DNA of 59,880 nucleotides, taken from IMG/VR virus record IMGVR_UViG_3300035211_000056, positions 1 through 59,880 of that record. One strand, given 5' to 3'. Shown here piece by piece: positions 8,915 through 18,261 of the stretch. This stretch comes from a virus (Duplodnaviria > Caudoviricetes). The notes below the pieces were generated by a model, which saw nothing but the letters and a program-made list of their open reading frames with translations, was not told the DNA's origin and did not search any database. The translations under genes and the position numbers were made by a program. How positions within the stretch are numbered: the stretch's first letter is position 1; the number at the start of each line of letters is the position of its first letter.

Positions 8915-9388
8915 TTATTTACCCTTAATTTGTCTATTAATTTCCTTTATGACAATATTTCTAAATTGCTGATGCATCCTGTTTACAGTATACCCAACTA
9001 ATTTACGTTTTGCCATTTTTCTTGTACCTTCTTCAAGATATTTTGCATAAGTTGTATCAATTCCTTTACTCGGATTTTTTATACCGAAAATCATCTTCTT
9101 ATAAGTAAAAACTTTAAAAGCAACTGCACCCCTTAATGTTCCAAAGATCCTTTGTGGATATTCCCCGGGTGCAGATGAAGTTCTTGTAAAAGAACCGCCG
9201 CCAGGTCTTTTGTGTGTGTATACCTTTCCTGATCGTCCTCCGAATTTTAATCCTTTCTGTAATGATTTTCTCATTACTCTTGCACCTTCAGTGTATCCTC
9301 TTTCTATTGCGTGTCTAACTTCCTGACCCATCATGTCTAACTTAAGAAATACTTTTTTATTTCCAGAGTCCTGTTTTATTCTTATCAT
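8915..9388 (-). CDS. HK97 gp10-like neck/tail completion protein
   Basis: SAPGEYP...G.L and YAKYLEEGTRKMAKR motifs. Confidence 0.85.
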   Translation of the reverse strand: MIRIKQDSGNKKVFLKLDMMGQEVRHAIERGYTEGARVMRKSLQKGLKFGGRSGKVYTHKRPGGGSFTRTSSAPGEYPQRIFGTLRGAVAFKVFTYKKMIFGIKNPSKGIDTTYAKYLEEGTRKMAKRKLVGYTVNRMHQQFRNIVIKEINRQIKGK

Positions 9389-9404
9389 GATTTTATCACT
9401 CCAT

Positions 9405-9785
9405 TCATGATTTAGACCCGTCCTTTGTATCGCTTCCGGTTTCAGTGCAATAAAGCAACATAAATTGACCTTCGTTTGCTGTTTCTATTGATTCTATTTT
9501 AAATCTATTATTATTAAACTTAACCCAATATTCACTTGTTAATCCTGATATCGTACGTATTTTAAATATATGAGTAATAGCACCATCAACAACAATGCCG
9601 GAAAATTTATCAATCCCGGATCGTGTTTCTATATCAGCCCATACAGTCCATACAGTTTCAAAACTATAAACAGATTGAGTATTTTTATATTCAACAAGTC
9701 TTTTTTGAATTTCTATTCTATTTGACATTGACCCGATGCATAATTTCTTTTTTTTAGAAGATATATATTTACTTCTGCAAGCCAT
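9405..9785 (-). CDS. Head-tail adaptor/head closure (SPP1 gp16-like)
   Basis: G.M..RI.IQ, TVWADI, THIFKIR and RFKIESI motifs. Confidence 0.85.
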   Translation of the reverse strand: MACRSKYISSKKKKLCIGSMSNRIEIQKRLVEYKNTQSVYSFETVWTVWADIETRSGIDKFSGIVVDGAITHIFKIRTISGLTSEYWVKFNNNRFKIESIETANEGQFMLLYCTETGSDTKDGSKS

Positions 9786-9786
9786 A

Positions 9787-10377
9787 TCAGTAATGACATC
9801 CAGTATTTATTATTCGGTTATTTTTATATATCAACTGACAAGTTAAGGGCAATAACATCTTTTCAAATTCATTTACGTCGACACAATCGCCTCTGTTTTC
9901 GTATAAATATCCAACATGTGTTTTTATTGCCATTAAAATATCAGCCGGTATGTCGGCTGCGGTAGTACCGTATCCTGCAACAAAAGTAATTTTAATTGCT
10001 TCGGGATGAATATCATAATCTGATTCTGGTAAATCAATTCCATCAATTTTTCCAAAAATACCGCCTTGAGCTAAATCATATTCTGTTGACGCAAGTAAAA
10101 CATAAGAACCATCGACCATATATTCTATCTTTATCAAAGAACTATAGGGACCTCTGCGTAATGTTAAATCTTGATGAATAGAATCCCTGCAATTTTCATA
10201 AGTAGCATTTAATAAATCGCGGTTCATTTGTTTTTCAGCCGTCTTAATAGCTGCGGTTATCATTGCCGCAATTAATGTATCTTCTGTAGACTGATCGACA
10301 CGTAAAAACAATTTCATATCAGATGTTGATATTAACGTAGCTGATGTTTTAGAAATTTGTTTATAGGTATCGTTCAT
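9787..10377 (-). CDS. Head-tail connector (gp6/phiE125 gp8-like)
   Basis: K.FLRVD..ED.LI..I.AA, F.AGYG...IP.DI..AI and YENRG motifs. Confidence 0.9.
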   Translation of the reverse strand: MNDTYKQISKTSATLISTSDMKLFLRVDQSTEDTLIAAMITAAIKTAEKQMNRDLLNATYENCRDSIHQDLTLRRGPYSSLIKIEYMVDGSYVLLASTEYDLAQGGIFGKIDGIDLPESDYDIHPEAIKITFVAGYGTTAADIPADILMAIKTHVGYLYENRGDCVDVNEFEKMLLPLTCQLIYKNNRIINTGCHY

Positions 10378-10395
10378 AATTCCGTCCTTAAACTC

Positions 10396-10476
10396 GAGAG
10401 CCGGAGTTACCTTACATCCCGAGTTTTTTGTAAAGTATTCCGGCTCTCAATATCTCAATCCTCCCACGGATTAAGA
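10396..10476 (-). ncRNA. Putative two-hairpin regulatory RNA in the capsid-operon 3' intergenic region
   Basis: Hairpin 1: UCUUAAUCC-GUGGGA-GGAUUGAGA. Hairpin 2: GAGAGCCGGA..UUUACA-AAAAACUCGGGA-UGUAAG..UCCGGCUCUC. Both loops are complementary to late-gene leaders. Confidence 0.6.
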
Positions 10477-10483
10477 AACTTTT

Positions 10484-10882
10484 TTATTCTGCGGTGTAAG
10501 TAGGCTGATGTGCAGCTCTACCTTTATAAGCAATACCAGAAGCGATAACATTTACGCTACCAGCTCCGGCAACTTTTGCCCTGACATATCTTTTGTTACC
10601 AACGTAACCGATATGTGCTGTTTGTGATCCTGTGCTTGAAATAACCAACGCACCTATAAGCTGAGAAGAATCAACTGTGTCTTCATCACTCATGTCTGAT
10701 TCATCACCTTCATAGATTGCGATAGTTATCGACGTTGCTGTTGTTATTTCAAAATTGAAACAAAAATCAAGTGCTTCATAACCTTTAGTATCAATAGTTT
10801 CACCAGTATGTGTATTGGTGTCCGCAATTTCCTGAGAATCTAAAGCACTATCAATGTCGGCTTTTGTCCTTATATCGTACAT
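10484..10882 (-). CDS. Capsid decoration/cement-like protein
   Basis: Directly after the major capsid gene; IDTKGY, D.SD and GY.G.KRYVR motifs. Confidence 0.65.
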   Translation of the reverse strand: MYDIRTKADIDSALDSQEIADTNTHTGETIDTKGYEALDFCFNFEITTATSITIAIYEGDESDMSDEDTVDSSQLIGALVISSTGSQTAHIGYVGNKRYVRAKVAGAGSVNVIASGIAYKGRAAHQPTYTAE

Positions 10883-10914
10883 AATTTATCTAACCTCCAT
10901 ATCCCTATTTTTTA

Positions 10915-12258
10915 TTAGGCTGCTGTTTTTAGCACTTTAAATGCTTCGGCTATGGCCACCTGACCGTTATTCCATTGTTTCCATGTGAATTCTACTATTC
11001 CGGTTCTCTTGCTTGTGTAATCATCTCTGATTAGAGAGATTCCAACAGCGTCAAGGATGTAATAACCATAGAAGAAATCACCTACCATAACAGAAAGAGA
11101 GCTCCCTGCAATATCTGCCATGTTTGGCATAATAACAAAAGGCTTACCTGCAATCTGGTTAGGCATTGTTTCACCGCCTGGTCTCCACAAGAAGTTACCG
11201 GCAGTATCTTTTTCAACCCTTAATGTATAAAGGGTGCTTTGGTTCATTGCAAAACGAGCGTTTGGAAGATATCCAGATTTAGGATATTTAAGAAGACCGA
11301 TAACGTCAGCAAGTCCAACAACACCACTTGATGCTGAATCGACTGTGTTATCTGTTATATCAGAATTAACCAAAATTCCTTCAGGCTGTTTCTTTCCAGT
11401 TCCTAAAAGAAAGCAATAGTTTTCTTTCTGTGCAAAACCCATTGCTGCATCTTTTGTAAGCTGAGAAATCATGTCAGTCATTGAGAAGTTTAGAGAATCC
11501 CAGGTTATTTTACTTGTCAAACCTAGCCTGTAGGCTGTAAGTGTTTCAAACCTGTAAGTTGATTCGTCTTCCTGATCTGATTCAGATTCACCCTCGTAAT
11601 ATGCAACTGGCAAAGTAGTCCTGATTGCAACGCTAAGAGACTTCACCTTTGACGCAAACTTTCTGCACAATGCACGTACGGGATCGATTTCTTCAACTTC
11701 TTCCATTATCTGGTTGTACACAGAGTCAGGGACAAGAAAACCACCGTCTGCATTACTGTCAGTCCTGAGATATTTTTTATCTGTAGGAATCTGCTGGTTG
11801 TTAAGAATTTCTCCGTTATTCATCTTTACGATTTCTTCCGGTTCTATTCCTTTCATTACATAGTCTTGCAGACCTTCGTATTCTTTACCAAAATGTTTTT
11901 TGTTTTGTTTTGCATCAGATGGCTTCATGTTGCTAAGATTAGCAATTTCTATTTCCATATCCTTGATGCGTTTTAGGTTTTCCTCACCGTTGTTATCCTT
12001 TATTTCCTTGATTGATTCTTCAAGATGTCGGATTTTTGTTTCGTGAGCGTCTTTTTCTGTTTGAATTTTCTGCAACGTCTTGTCTTTTTCATCAAGCGAT
12101 GCCTCTATTTTTTTTACCTGCTCTTTTGCTTCACTTGATAATGAATTAACCTTATCCTCATAAGTTTTTTTATCATTTTCAGTATTTTTGAGTTTATCCT
12201 GAAGATCCGCAAGTATTTTGTTCGATTCTTCCAATTGTTTTTTAAGTTCTTCGTTCAT
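10915..12258 (-). CDS. Major capsid protein, HK97 fold with long coiled-coil delta domain
   Basis: DGGFLVP, F.LGTG..QPEGI, KD..GNFLW.P and GDF..GY motifs; start moved to the ATG at 12258 behind SD GGAGGT. Confidence 0.95.
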   Translation of the reverse strand: MNEELKKQLEESNKILADLQDKLKNTENDKKTYEDKVNSLSSEAKEQVKKIEASLDEKDKTLQKIQTEKDAHETKIRHLEESIKEIKDNNGEENLKRIKDMEIEIANLSNMKPSDAKQNKKHFGKEYEGLQDYVMKGIEPEEIVKMNNGEILNNQQIPTDKKYLRTDSNADGGFLVPDSVYNQIMEEVEEIDPVRALCRKFASKVKSLSVAIRTTLPVAYYEGESESDQEDESTYRFETLTAYRLGLTSKITWDSLNFSMTDMISQLTKDAAMGFAQKENYCFLLGTGKKQPEGILVNSDITDNTVDSASSGVVGLADVIGLLKYPKSGYLPNARFAMNQSTLYTLRVEKDTAGNFLWRPGGETMPNQIAGKPFVIMPNMADIAGSSLSVMVGDFFYGYYILDAVGISLIRDDYTSKRTGIVEFTWKQWNNGQVAIAEAFKVLKTAA

Positions 12259-13348
12259 TAGACGAGACCTCCGATCCAAGTTTTTTTATTCTTTCAAAAA
12301 ACTCATTAAGACCGGCATCTCGCAGGCTGGCTTCTTGATCTTTTTCGTATCCGGTTTGTCCTTCCCGAACAAACTTTTTAATCTTTGATATAATTATATT
12401 ACACTTCTTTGTGGAAAGTCCACAAGTTTTTAAATAATTATCAATTTCTCTTAAATTCGTTATGTCTTCAAGCGATTTTTCAAAAGGGGAAACTATATCC
12501 TCATCATTAAATTCAGAACGCATTTTCGCATAGTATTTATTTATGTTGGTTATTACACCTTTTTTTTCTGAATCAGGAATATTAACTCCGCCTCTTGCTC
12601 CTGACATTGCGCCGGCCGCAGCAAATATAGCACGTGGAACAGCAACAAGTTTTCCATCTATAACATCGGCAATTGGTAGTTTATAAGACCCGAATTTGTC
12701 ATCACTTTCTTTATCATACCAAAGAAAAGCTTTTTTATATTTTGAACTTGGAGAATCTTCTGAATCAGTAAATGATCGTACCCTGCCCAGGGCAGAAGAT
12801 TTATCCCATTCTCTTTCTCTGTCTGCAAGTGGCAAATTCTGGTAAGGCACAACTGATTTCATATCTGTTATCATTGCTTCAGGATTTGCAGGAATAGTAA
12901 CAAGTGAAATTTCCCATAATGTTAATTTCTGCAAATAGCAAATGCCGGAATTTTCATCATAGTTATATTTTTCTATTGAATAACCTATAGACATAGACTT
13001 AACAGATCCGATTTTCATTTGAGGAACTACTCGTCCCCTGACAAAATCATCATCAAGAGGCATTTTTCCTTCTACATATAATCCTTTGTCATCTTCATAA
13101 CATGAAACAAATATACCGATAGGTTCTCCCCAGTTATGCTGCCACAGAAGCATAGGCATGAATTCTTTTAAAGAATCAAGAAACGCACCCCTGACAACAA
13201 CGTCGTCAACACGGTCTAGATTTCCAAAAGTAGAACCATATCCTTTAAATGTAAAATATTTAGTACCGTTTTCTTTTGTTTCTTTTGTCTCTATTATAGA
13301 AAAAGGTACTTTTATATGTTTTACTTCTGCGGATTTTCTATCCTTCAT
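12242..13348 (-). CDS. HK97-family prohead protease with extra C-terminal domain
   Basis: F.GYGSTFGNLD..D, MLLWQH...PIG, MSIGY and LWEISLVT.PAN motifs, followed by a YKLP.AD..DG.L.AVPRA..GARGG domain. Confidence 0.9.
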   Translation of the reverse strand: MKDRKSAEVKHIKVPFSIIETKETKENGTKYFTFKGYGSTFGNLDRVDDVVVRGAFLDSLKEFMPMLLWQHNWGEPIGIFVSCYEDDKGLYVEGKMPLDDDFVRGRVVPQMKIGSVKSMSIGYSIEKYNYDENSGICYLQKLTLWEISLVTIPANPEAMITDMKSVVPYQNLPLADREREWDKSSALGRVRSFTDSEDSPSSKYKKAFLWYDKESDDKFGSYKLPIADVIDGKLVAVPRAIFAAAGAMSGARGGVNIPDSEKKGVITNINKYYAKMRSEFNDEDIVSPFEKSLEDITNLREIDNYLKTCGLSTKKCNIIISKIKKFVREGQTGYEKDQEASLRDAGLNEFFERIKKLGSEVSSNERRT

Positions 13349-13349
13349 T

Positions 13350-14216
13350 TCAAACTCCTTTTGTCACTGTCATTATAGATTCACAGCGACAACGCATTAC
13401 ATTTTTAAGACTTGCTCCATGTCCGGTATCGCCAGGATACATAAGATGTTCACCCCAAACCGTAAATAAACTATTTTGAGGAACCTTTTGACCGTGTGCT
13501 TTTACGTGTTCCGGTCTGGTCTTTTGATCTAATGTTGCAATCCAGGTTTTGTCTAAAGACTGCCCTACTCTTGCAGCTTTTTCAGAAATATAACCGCCCA
13601 TTTCCTGCTTTGTTGCTTGATATATGTTTTGTGTTTCCGTTTCTGCAATTCCTGGTTTTCTGTTTTCTACTCTTTGAGTTAAGTTATCCATTATCAAACT
13701 GTTTCTTTCTTCAAGTGTAACAACTCTTTGAGCTTCATCCAATATGTCATCAACAAACTTAGTAGCTTGTTCAAAATTCCTTTCTGTAGTTGCCAATATT
13801 TCAGGTGATACAAATGTTTCACGTGAAACAATATAGTGGTCCATGTTTGACATTGTTTCATCAATTATTCTTCTTATCTCTGGCTTTGAGAATAACTGAT
13901 TTAAGTATTCATCTTTTTGGAAAAATTCGATAGCTTTTTGCGAACCACGTCTATAATTTATTGTGAGTAAATTATCAAGGTCCTGTTCAAAGGCCTGTAC
14001 AAGACTATTTGTAGAGCTTGCCCTTGTTACTGCCTGCACTGTTTTGGGCAATAGATTTATATCAACGTATCTTAAGACCTTATTAAAGAATTTATCAAGG
14101 TCCCTTAAAAACAAATATTCTACATATAATTTAGCAGCAAGTTCTTCAATTGCCTGTTCGTTTTCTGCGTTTGCAACCTGTTCTGTGTCTTGTTCATTTT
14201 CAATTAGTAATATCAT
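13350..14216 (-). CDS. Head morphogenesis/minor head protein (SPP1 gp7/Mu F-like)
   Basis: IAETET, KTW....D.KTR.EH..AHGQ, L.YPGD and CRC motifs. Confidence 0.85.
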   Translation of the reverse strand: MILLIENEQDTEQVANAENEQAIEELAAKLYVEYLFLRDLDKFFNKVLRYVDINLLPKTVQAVTRASSTNSLVQAFEQDLDNLLTINYRRGSQKAIEFFQKDEYLNQLFSKPEIRRIIDETMSNMDHYIVSRETFVSPEILATTERNFEQATKFVDDILDEAQRVVTLEERNSLIMDNLTQRVENRKPGIAETETQNIYQATKQEMGGYISEKAARVGQSLDKTWIATLDQKTRPEHVKAHGQKVPQNSLFTVWGEHLMYPGDTGHGASLKNVMRCRCESIMTVTKGV

Positions 14217-15616
14217 AAGTCATCACCGTCATGATAATATTTATTAACCCTTTCTGTTATTTGCTCGTCGGTGAAACCAGCTCTTTTTAATATTTTTGCA
14301 AGATTGTTTTTTGCCTGGTCCGTTACGGTATCAGAAGCACTAGACATGTCCATTCCAACCGGAACAAGATTATAGTTTTGATATAGCACACTATTTTCAG
14401 GACCCATCGGATCACTACCGAACATTTCCCTTATTTCGTTATTTGTATATACGCCTGTTTCTTTTTTGTTTTTAATTTCTTCAATGAACCTTGTTTGTAG
14501 AGCTGGTATTGAGTTCGGATCATATGTTATTTCTTCGTTATCTTTTAATATGCCTCTGCGTCTAAAACCTGCGGTCAATCCAGAAAAGATACTGTTAACG
14601 CAAGGAATAACAGCCATATCAAAAAGAACAAGTCTTGCAGTCTCGTAGTTTGAATACGTTTCTGTTCCCAAGGACCTTAGAGGTGATGGGATTTGGAATC
14701 TGTCATAAATAACTTTTCTTACAGCCTCGCTGTTACCGAGTGCTTCCATGTCTTTATTTGTTGACTGTATCGGCTTAAACTCTATGCCTTTTCCTTTACT
14801 TGCTATATATTTACCTGCATTTGCCGAACCTGCAAAATAATTTCTTGCATCAAGAATAAACTGGTCAACAACTTCTTGGTCTTCTGTGTCTATGCTGAAA
14901 ACTCCAGACAGATTTATACCGTTAAGAAGCATTGATAAATTGTGATTATTTCCTGAGTTTAATACTTCTATTTCGTATAAAATACTATTCAATATTGAGT
15001 TCGCTACATACCCGTTTGTTGTAGTGTAGTTAATAAAGTTATTTATAAAAAACATTTCTGCAAGATTATTTGCAAGATACCTGCCTGTTTTTTCATCAAA
15101 GACATATTCCTTTTCTAAATACTGCAATGCTGGTTGTGGGAATACCTGAAATCTATGATTAAGACCTTCACCCTGTGCAACTATTGTATCGGTTGGTGTT
15201 ACGTATAACTGAGACGGTGCAGATTTAACATTTACGTTACCAAAAGCAGAAATAAATAAATTTCCTGTTAATAGTTTATATATAATACAAGACTCAATAA
15301 ATTCGGGATAGTTTTGCATCTTGTTAGGATTTTTAAGAAGAGTTAATATGTCATGGTCATCGACAAAAGTATCTGCTCTTTTTATTAAAGGTTTTATCGT
15401 TTTTGCATTGTCTTTTATCGTATCAACGGAGTCCGCAACCGCAGAGTTTTTTTCATAAAGTTGCATTGCTAAAGCAGCAGTAACTTTGTACCAACCCTTT
15501 GTCTGCATATAACCAAGAAAATCACTTAAACGGAAAGTCCGTTTAGTTGTGTTAGTCTTTTTTTCTATATTATTTCTGTAAAATTTATTAAAAGGCCACA
15601 AATGAAGATACCCCAT
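14213..15616 (-). CDS. Portal protein (HK97 family)
   Basis: LL..PN, L.GN.F, G..NAGK, TYSN.E.A and T.NE.R motifs; follows terminase. Confidence 0.9.
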   Translation of the reverse strand: MGYLHLWPFNKFYRNNIEKKTNTTKRTFRLSDFLGYMQTKGWYKVTAALAMQLYEKNSAVADSVDTIKDNAKTIKPLIKRADTFVDDHDILTLLKNPNKMQNYPEFIESCIIYKLLTGNLFISAFGNVNVKSAPSQLYVTPTDTIVAQGEGLNHRFQVFPQPALQYLEKEYVFDEKTGRYLANNLAEMFFINNFINYTTTNGYVANSILNSILYEIEVLNSGNNHNLSMLLNGINLSGVFSIDTEDQEVVDQFILDARNYFAGSANAGKYIASKGKGIEFKPIQSTNKDMEALGNSEAVRKVIYDRFQIPSPLRSLGTETYSNYETARLVLFDMAVIPCVNSIFSGLTAGFRRRGILKDNEEITYDPNSIPALQTRFIEEIKNKKETGVYTNNEIREMFGSDPMGPENSVLYQNYNLVPVGMDMSSASDTVTDQAKNNLAKILKRAGFTDEQITERVNKYYHDGDDL

Positions 15617-15624
15617 ACAATTGT

Positions 15625-15649
15625 AACCCGGGATGCTTTAATTATAACA
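15625..15649 (-). promoter_or_regulatory. Extended -10 promoter with +1 motif ATCCCGGGT (portal/head operon)
   Basis: Minus strand reads TGTTATAAT-TAAAGC-ATCCCGGGTT. Confidence 0.65.
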
Positions 15650-15691
15650 TAAAATAAGTAATATAAAGCAAAAAAATAAATTTATGGGATA

Positions 15692-16942
15692 TCACACGAA
15701 ACCGTAATGGATTTTATCCACAACTTTTAAGTGTGCAAGCAGGAATGAATCGGCATGGTCAGGGGATCTATAACCTCTTTTTTTATAATTGTCCTTTGAT
15801 TCGACCTGGTATCTGCCGTATTTATCAACTTTATATTTTCTTGTAGTTAATTCTTTTTTAAGTCTGTCCGTAGGTGTAATATGCGATTCTCCTATTATTT
15901 TTTTAAATTCAAACCACATTTCGGATATTATATCTGCGTATTTATCCGGGAATTGAGATTTGCCTCCGAAATTAATTTCTTTTACGTTATATTTATGGTC
16001 CTTTAATGTGTCATATGTCCCGGCTCCTAGTCCTCCGATATCTATTTTTATCGGAACTTTTTTATCCTGCCCGACTTCATGCATAACTATCCTTGCAAGT
16101 TCGGTTGTTGATTTTTTGTTGTATTCTTTGGTCCAGACGTGATTAAGTCCTTTGATTTTGGTTATACTGCTTGAATCGTTGCCATACCTGGCACAGTCAA
16201 CCCCGTATTGAATTGCTCCGAGATTTTCTATTTCACGTCTTACAGCCTTGTTATATTCCAGCGACGATATAATGATGTCATCACCAATTTTTCTAAGTTC
16301 ACCCATGTATATATTCAAATAATCTTCAAAGCTTGCTTCCATAAGCCTGTTTATTTCTGCCTGTAGCTCCGGACTGACGTAAGGATTGTTTTTATAATTT
16401 GTGTATAAATAATAAGTATCATCCCTTTGTGGCAACATGAAATCATCCCATACCGGATCTGTTTCTTCATTAGGGTTTATCGTAAAAATAATTTTTGGTT
16501 TTTTATTTCTTAAAATAGTTGGAATTAATACGTCAAGCGATTCTTTTGAAACCGCTTCTGCCTGTTCTATCCATGCGATATTTACGTCGTCCATTGATTT
16601 AATTTTATCAAGGTTTCTATAAAGACCGCCAAAAATAAATGTAGTACCGGTATAAGGATTTTGTATATACCGGTCCGTAATTATATAAGGGAATTTATAT
16701 CGCTCTATCAGCGTCTTAAGCATCGAATGAACGGAATCGCTCAAAGAATTATATATTTCTCTTAAACATAATATTTTTAATTTTTCATTACACCCCAAAA
16801 TAAGTAAAAGCAAAGCAGTAGTCCATGACTTACCAGAACCTCGGCCGCCATAAATAAAATGAAAAACAAATTTATAAAATTCTGTTTTTACCCAGTCTTG
16901 ATAAACTTTTGGGAAAGATATTTTTAATCTGTTTTCTTGCAT
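15692..16942 (-). CDS. terL: Terminase large subunit (PBSX-like)
   Basis: Walker A GGRGSGKS, LCLRE, AWIEQAE, nuclease GVDCARYG.D and SPDHADS motifs. Confidence 0.95.
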   Translation of the reverse strand: MQENRLKISFPKVYQDWVKTEFYKFVFHFIYGGRGSGKSWTTALLLLILGCNEKLKILCLREIYNSLSDSVHSMLKTLIERYKFPYIITDRYIQNPYTGTTFIFGGLYRNLDKIKSMDDVNIAWIEQAEAVSKESLDVLIPTILRNKKPKIIFTINPNEETDPVWDDFMLPQRDDTYYLYTNYKNNPYVSPELQAEINRLMEASFEDYLNIYMGELRKIGDDIIISSLEYNKAVRREIENLGAIQYGVDCARYGNDSSSITKIKGLNHVWTKEYNKKSTTELARIVMHEVGQDKKVPIKIDIGGLGAGTYDTLKDHKYNVKEINFGGKSQFPDKYADIISEMWFEFKKIIGESHITPTDRLKKELTTRKYKVDKYGRYQVESKDNYKKRGYRSPDHADSFLLAHLKVVDKIHYGFV

Positions 16943-17352
16943 TTATTTTCGTCGTCCGTGCCGCCTATTTTGTCATCAGATTCGTTATCAATAAAACAAA
17001 TATCTATCCCTGTTATATTCGCATCAATATCAAGTTTCTTAACTGGCATTTCTCCTGCGGTGTCACGGACAGCACAGAAACTATTTAAATCTCCATTAAA
17101 AGCTTTTTCAATCTGCTTAGCAAGCATTGCCGATCTATATGTCATTTCTTCAATATCAATTTCCGGCATTATTTCTTTTAGCAGTTCTTTTTTGTCTTCA
17201 GGTAAATTGTGATTTAACATCATCTTAGCGAGTGATTCAAAGGTCTGCTTTTTGCGTTTTGCCTTGACTGATGCCTTCCCTCCTTTCTTGCCGAATTCCG
17301 TAGCTTGTTCATGGGTTAATTTAATTGGTCTTAAGTTCTGATTATTTGCCAT
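16924..17352 (-). CDS. terS: Terminase small subunit
   Basis: N.QNL.P and G.KGG.AS motifs; directly upstream of terL. Confidence 0.75.
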   Translation of the reverse strand: MANNQNLRPIKLTHEQATEFGKKGGKASVKAKRKKQTFESLAKMMLNHNLPEDKKELLKEIMPEIDIEEMTYRSAMLAKQIEKAFNGDLNSFCAVRDTAGEMPVKKLDIDANITGIDICFIDNESDDKIGGTDDENKCKKTD

Positions 17353-17361
17353 AGCTTGATA

Positions 17362-17391
17362 ATTATATCATTTTTTCATTTATTTTGGCAA
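17362..17391 (-). promoter_or_regulatory. Sigma70-type promoter for terS, near-leaderless
   Basis: TTGCCA-18 nt-TATAAT with TG extension; ATG only 9 nt after the -10 box; no SD. Confidence 0.6.
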
Positions 17392-18240
17392 GAGTGAGTT
17401 TTAAAACGGATGTGTGTTAATATGTCATTACTGTTTCAATTAATCAAGTAATGCTATTTTTAAATCAGGAAACAATAAATTATAACAACAAATAAAACCA
17501 AAAAGTCAATATTGATATTGTTATTATATATGTAAGTATAAAAACATATCAATATAAAATTAACATTTTTATAAAACCACATTTATCTTTATTGTTGATA
17601 TTATTGATTTTGTAAAGATATGTAAGAATGTCCAGAAAACAAACCATCCATAAAAAGAGATAAAAACATTTATAAAACAAGTGAATATTGATTTTGATAA
17701 TTATACGAAACATATTTTATTAATCATACCTTTACACAGAAAAGCATAGTTTGTAATGAAAAAGTTCCGATTTGTAACATAAAGAATCAATATAATAAAT
17801 ATAATAAATAAAATAAAATAAAATAAATATATATATAATAAGGACTTATATACATTGCATTATATGCTAAATTTAGCTGATTACATATCAAGTTACAAAT
17901 TACGTGCCGCATCCGTTTATATTTTTATTTTTGTTTATTAGTTTATATTAAACACAAATATATGGTAAAATATATCCGGTATAACGTGTGTAACTTTTGT
18001 AATTCGGCTGTAAAGCTTAACAGTAAAGGGTTTGATGGGTTACAGGGCTTGTAATACTTGGTATTCGGTGTAATGATTTTTTGATTTTATTTATTTTTTT
18101 TAATGACAAATCTGTATTTTTAATACAAAATAATTTTAGAAAGTTTTTAAAGTTGTAATCAGATAGTTTTTTTATTGTATTTAAAGAAATAGTGTTTAAA
18201 AAAAGATTATTAAAAAAAACAATTTGATGCATAACTTGAA
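17392..18240. other. AT-rich non-coding region with repeated TGTAA/TTACA and ATATTGAT motifs (candidate origin/pac region)
   Basis: About 850 bp without a credible ORF at the late/early divergence point; at least 12 TGTAA/TTACA and about 5 TATTGAT/ATCAATA copies. Confidence 0.5.
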
Positions 18241-18261
18241 TCTTAACACAAAGGGGTATTT

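Noticed and set aside
10893-10914. AAAAAATAGGGAT before the decoration gene, resembling the loop-2 sequence
   Set aside because: Only GGGAT plus an A-run matches, and it is adjacent to an ordinary SD.
397-17212. Plus-strand ORFs over the structural genes (e.g. 397-951, 4016-4480, 5670-6107)
   Set aside because: Antisense shadows of well-supported minus-strand genes, with no RBS or motifs.
17392-18240. CRISPR array, or the ORF at 18017-18232
   Set aside because: Repeats are 5-8 bp and irregularly spaced; the ORF is low-complexity with no RBS.
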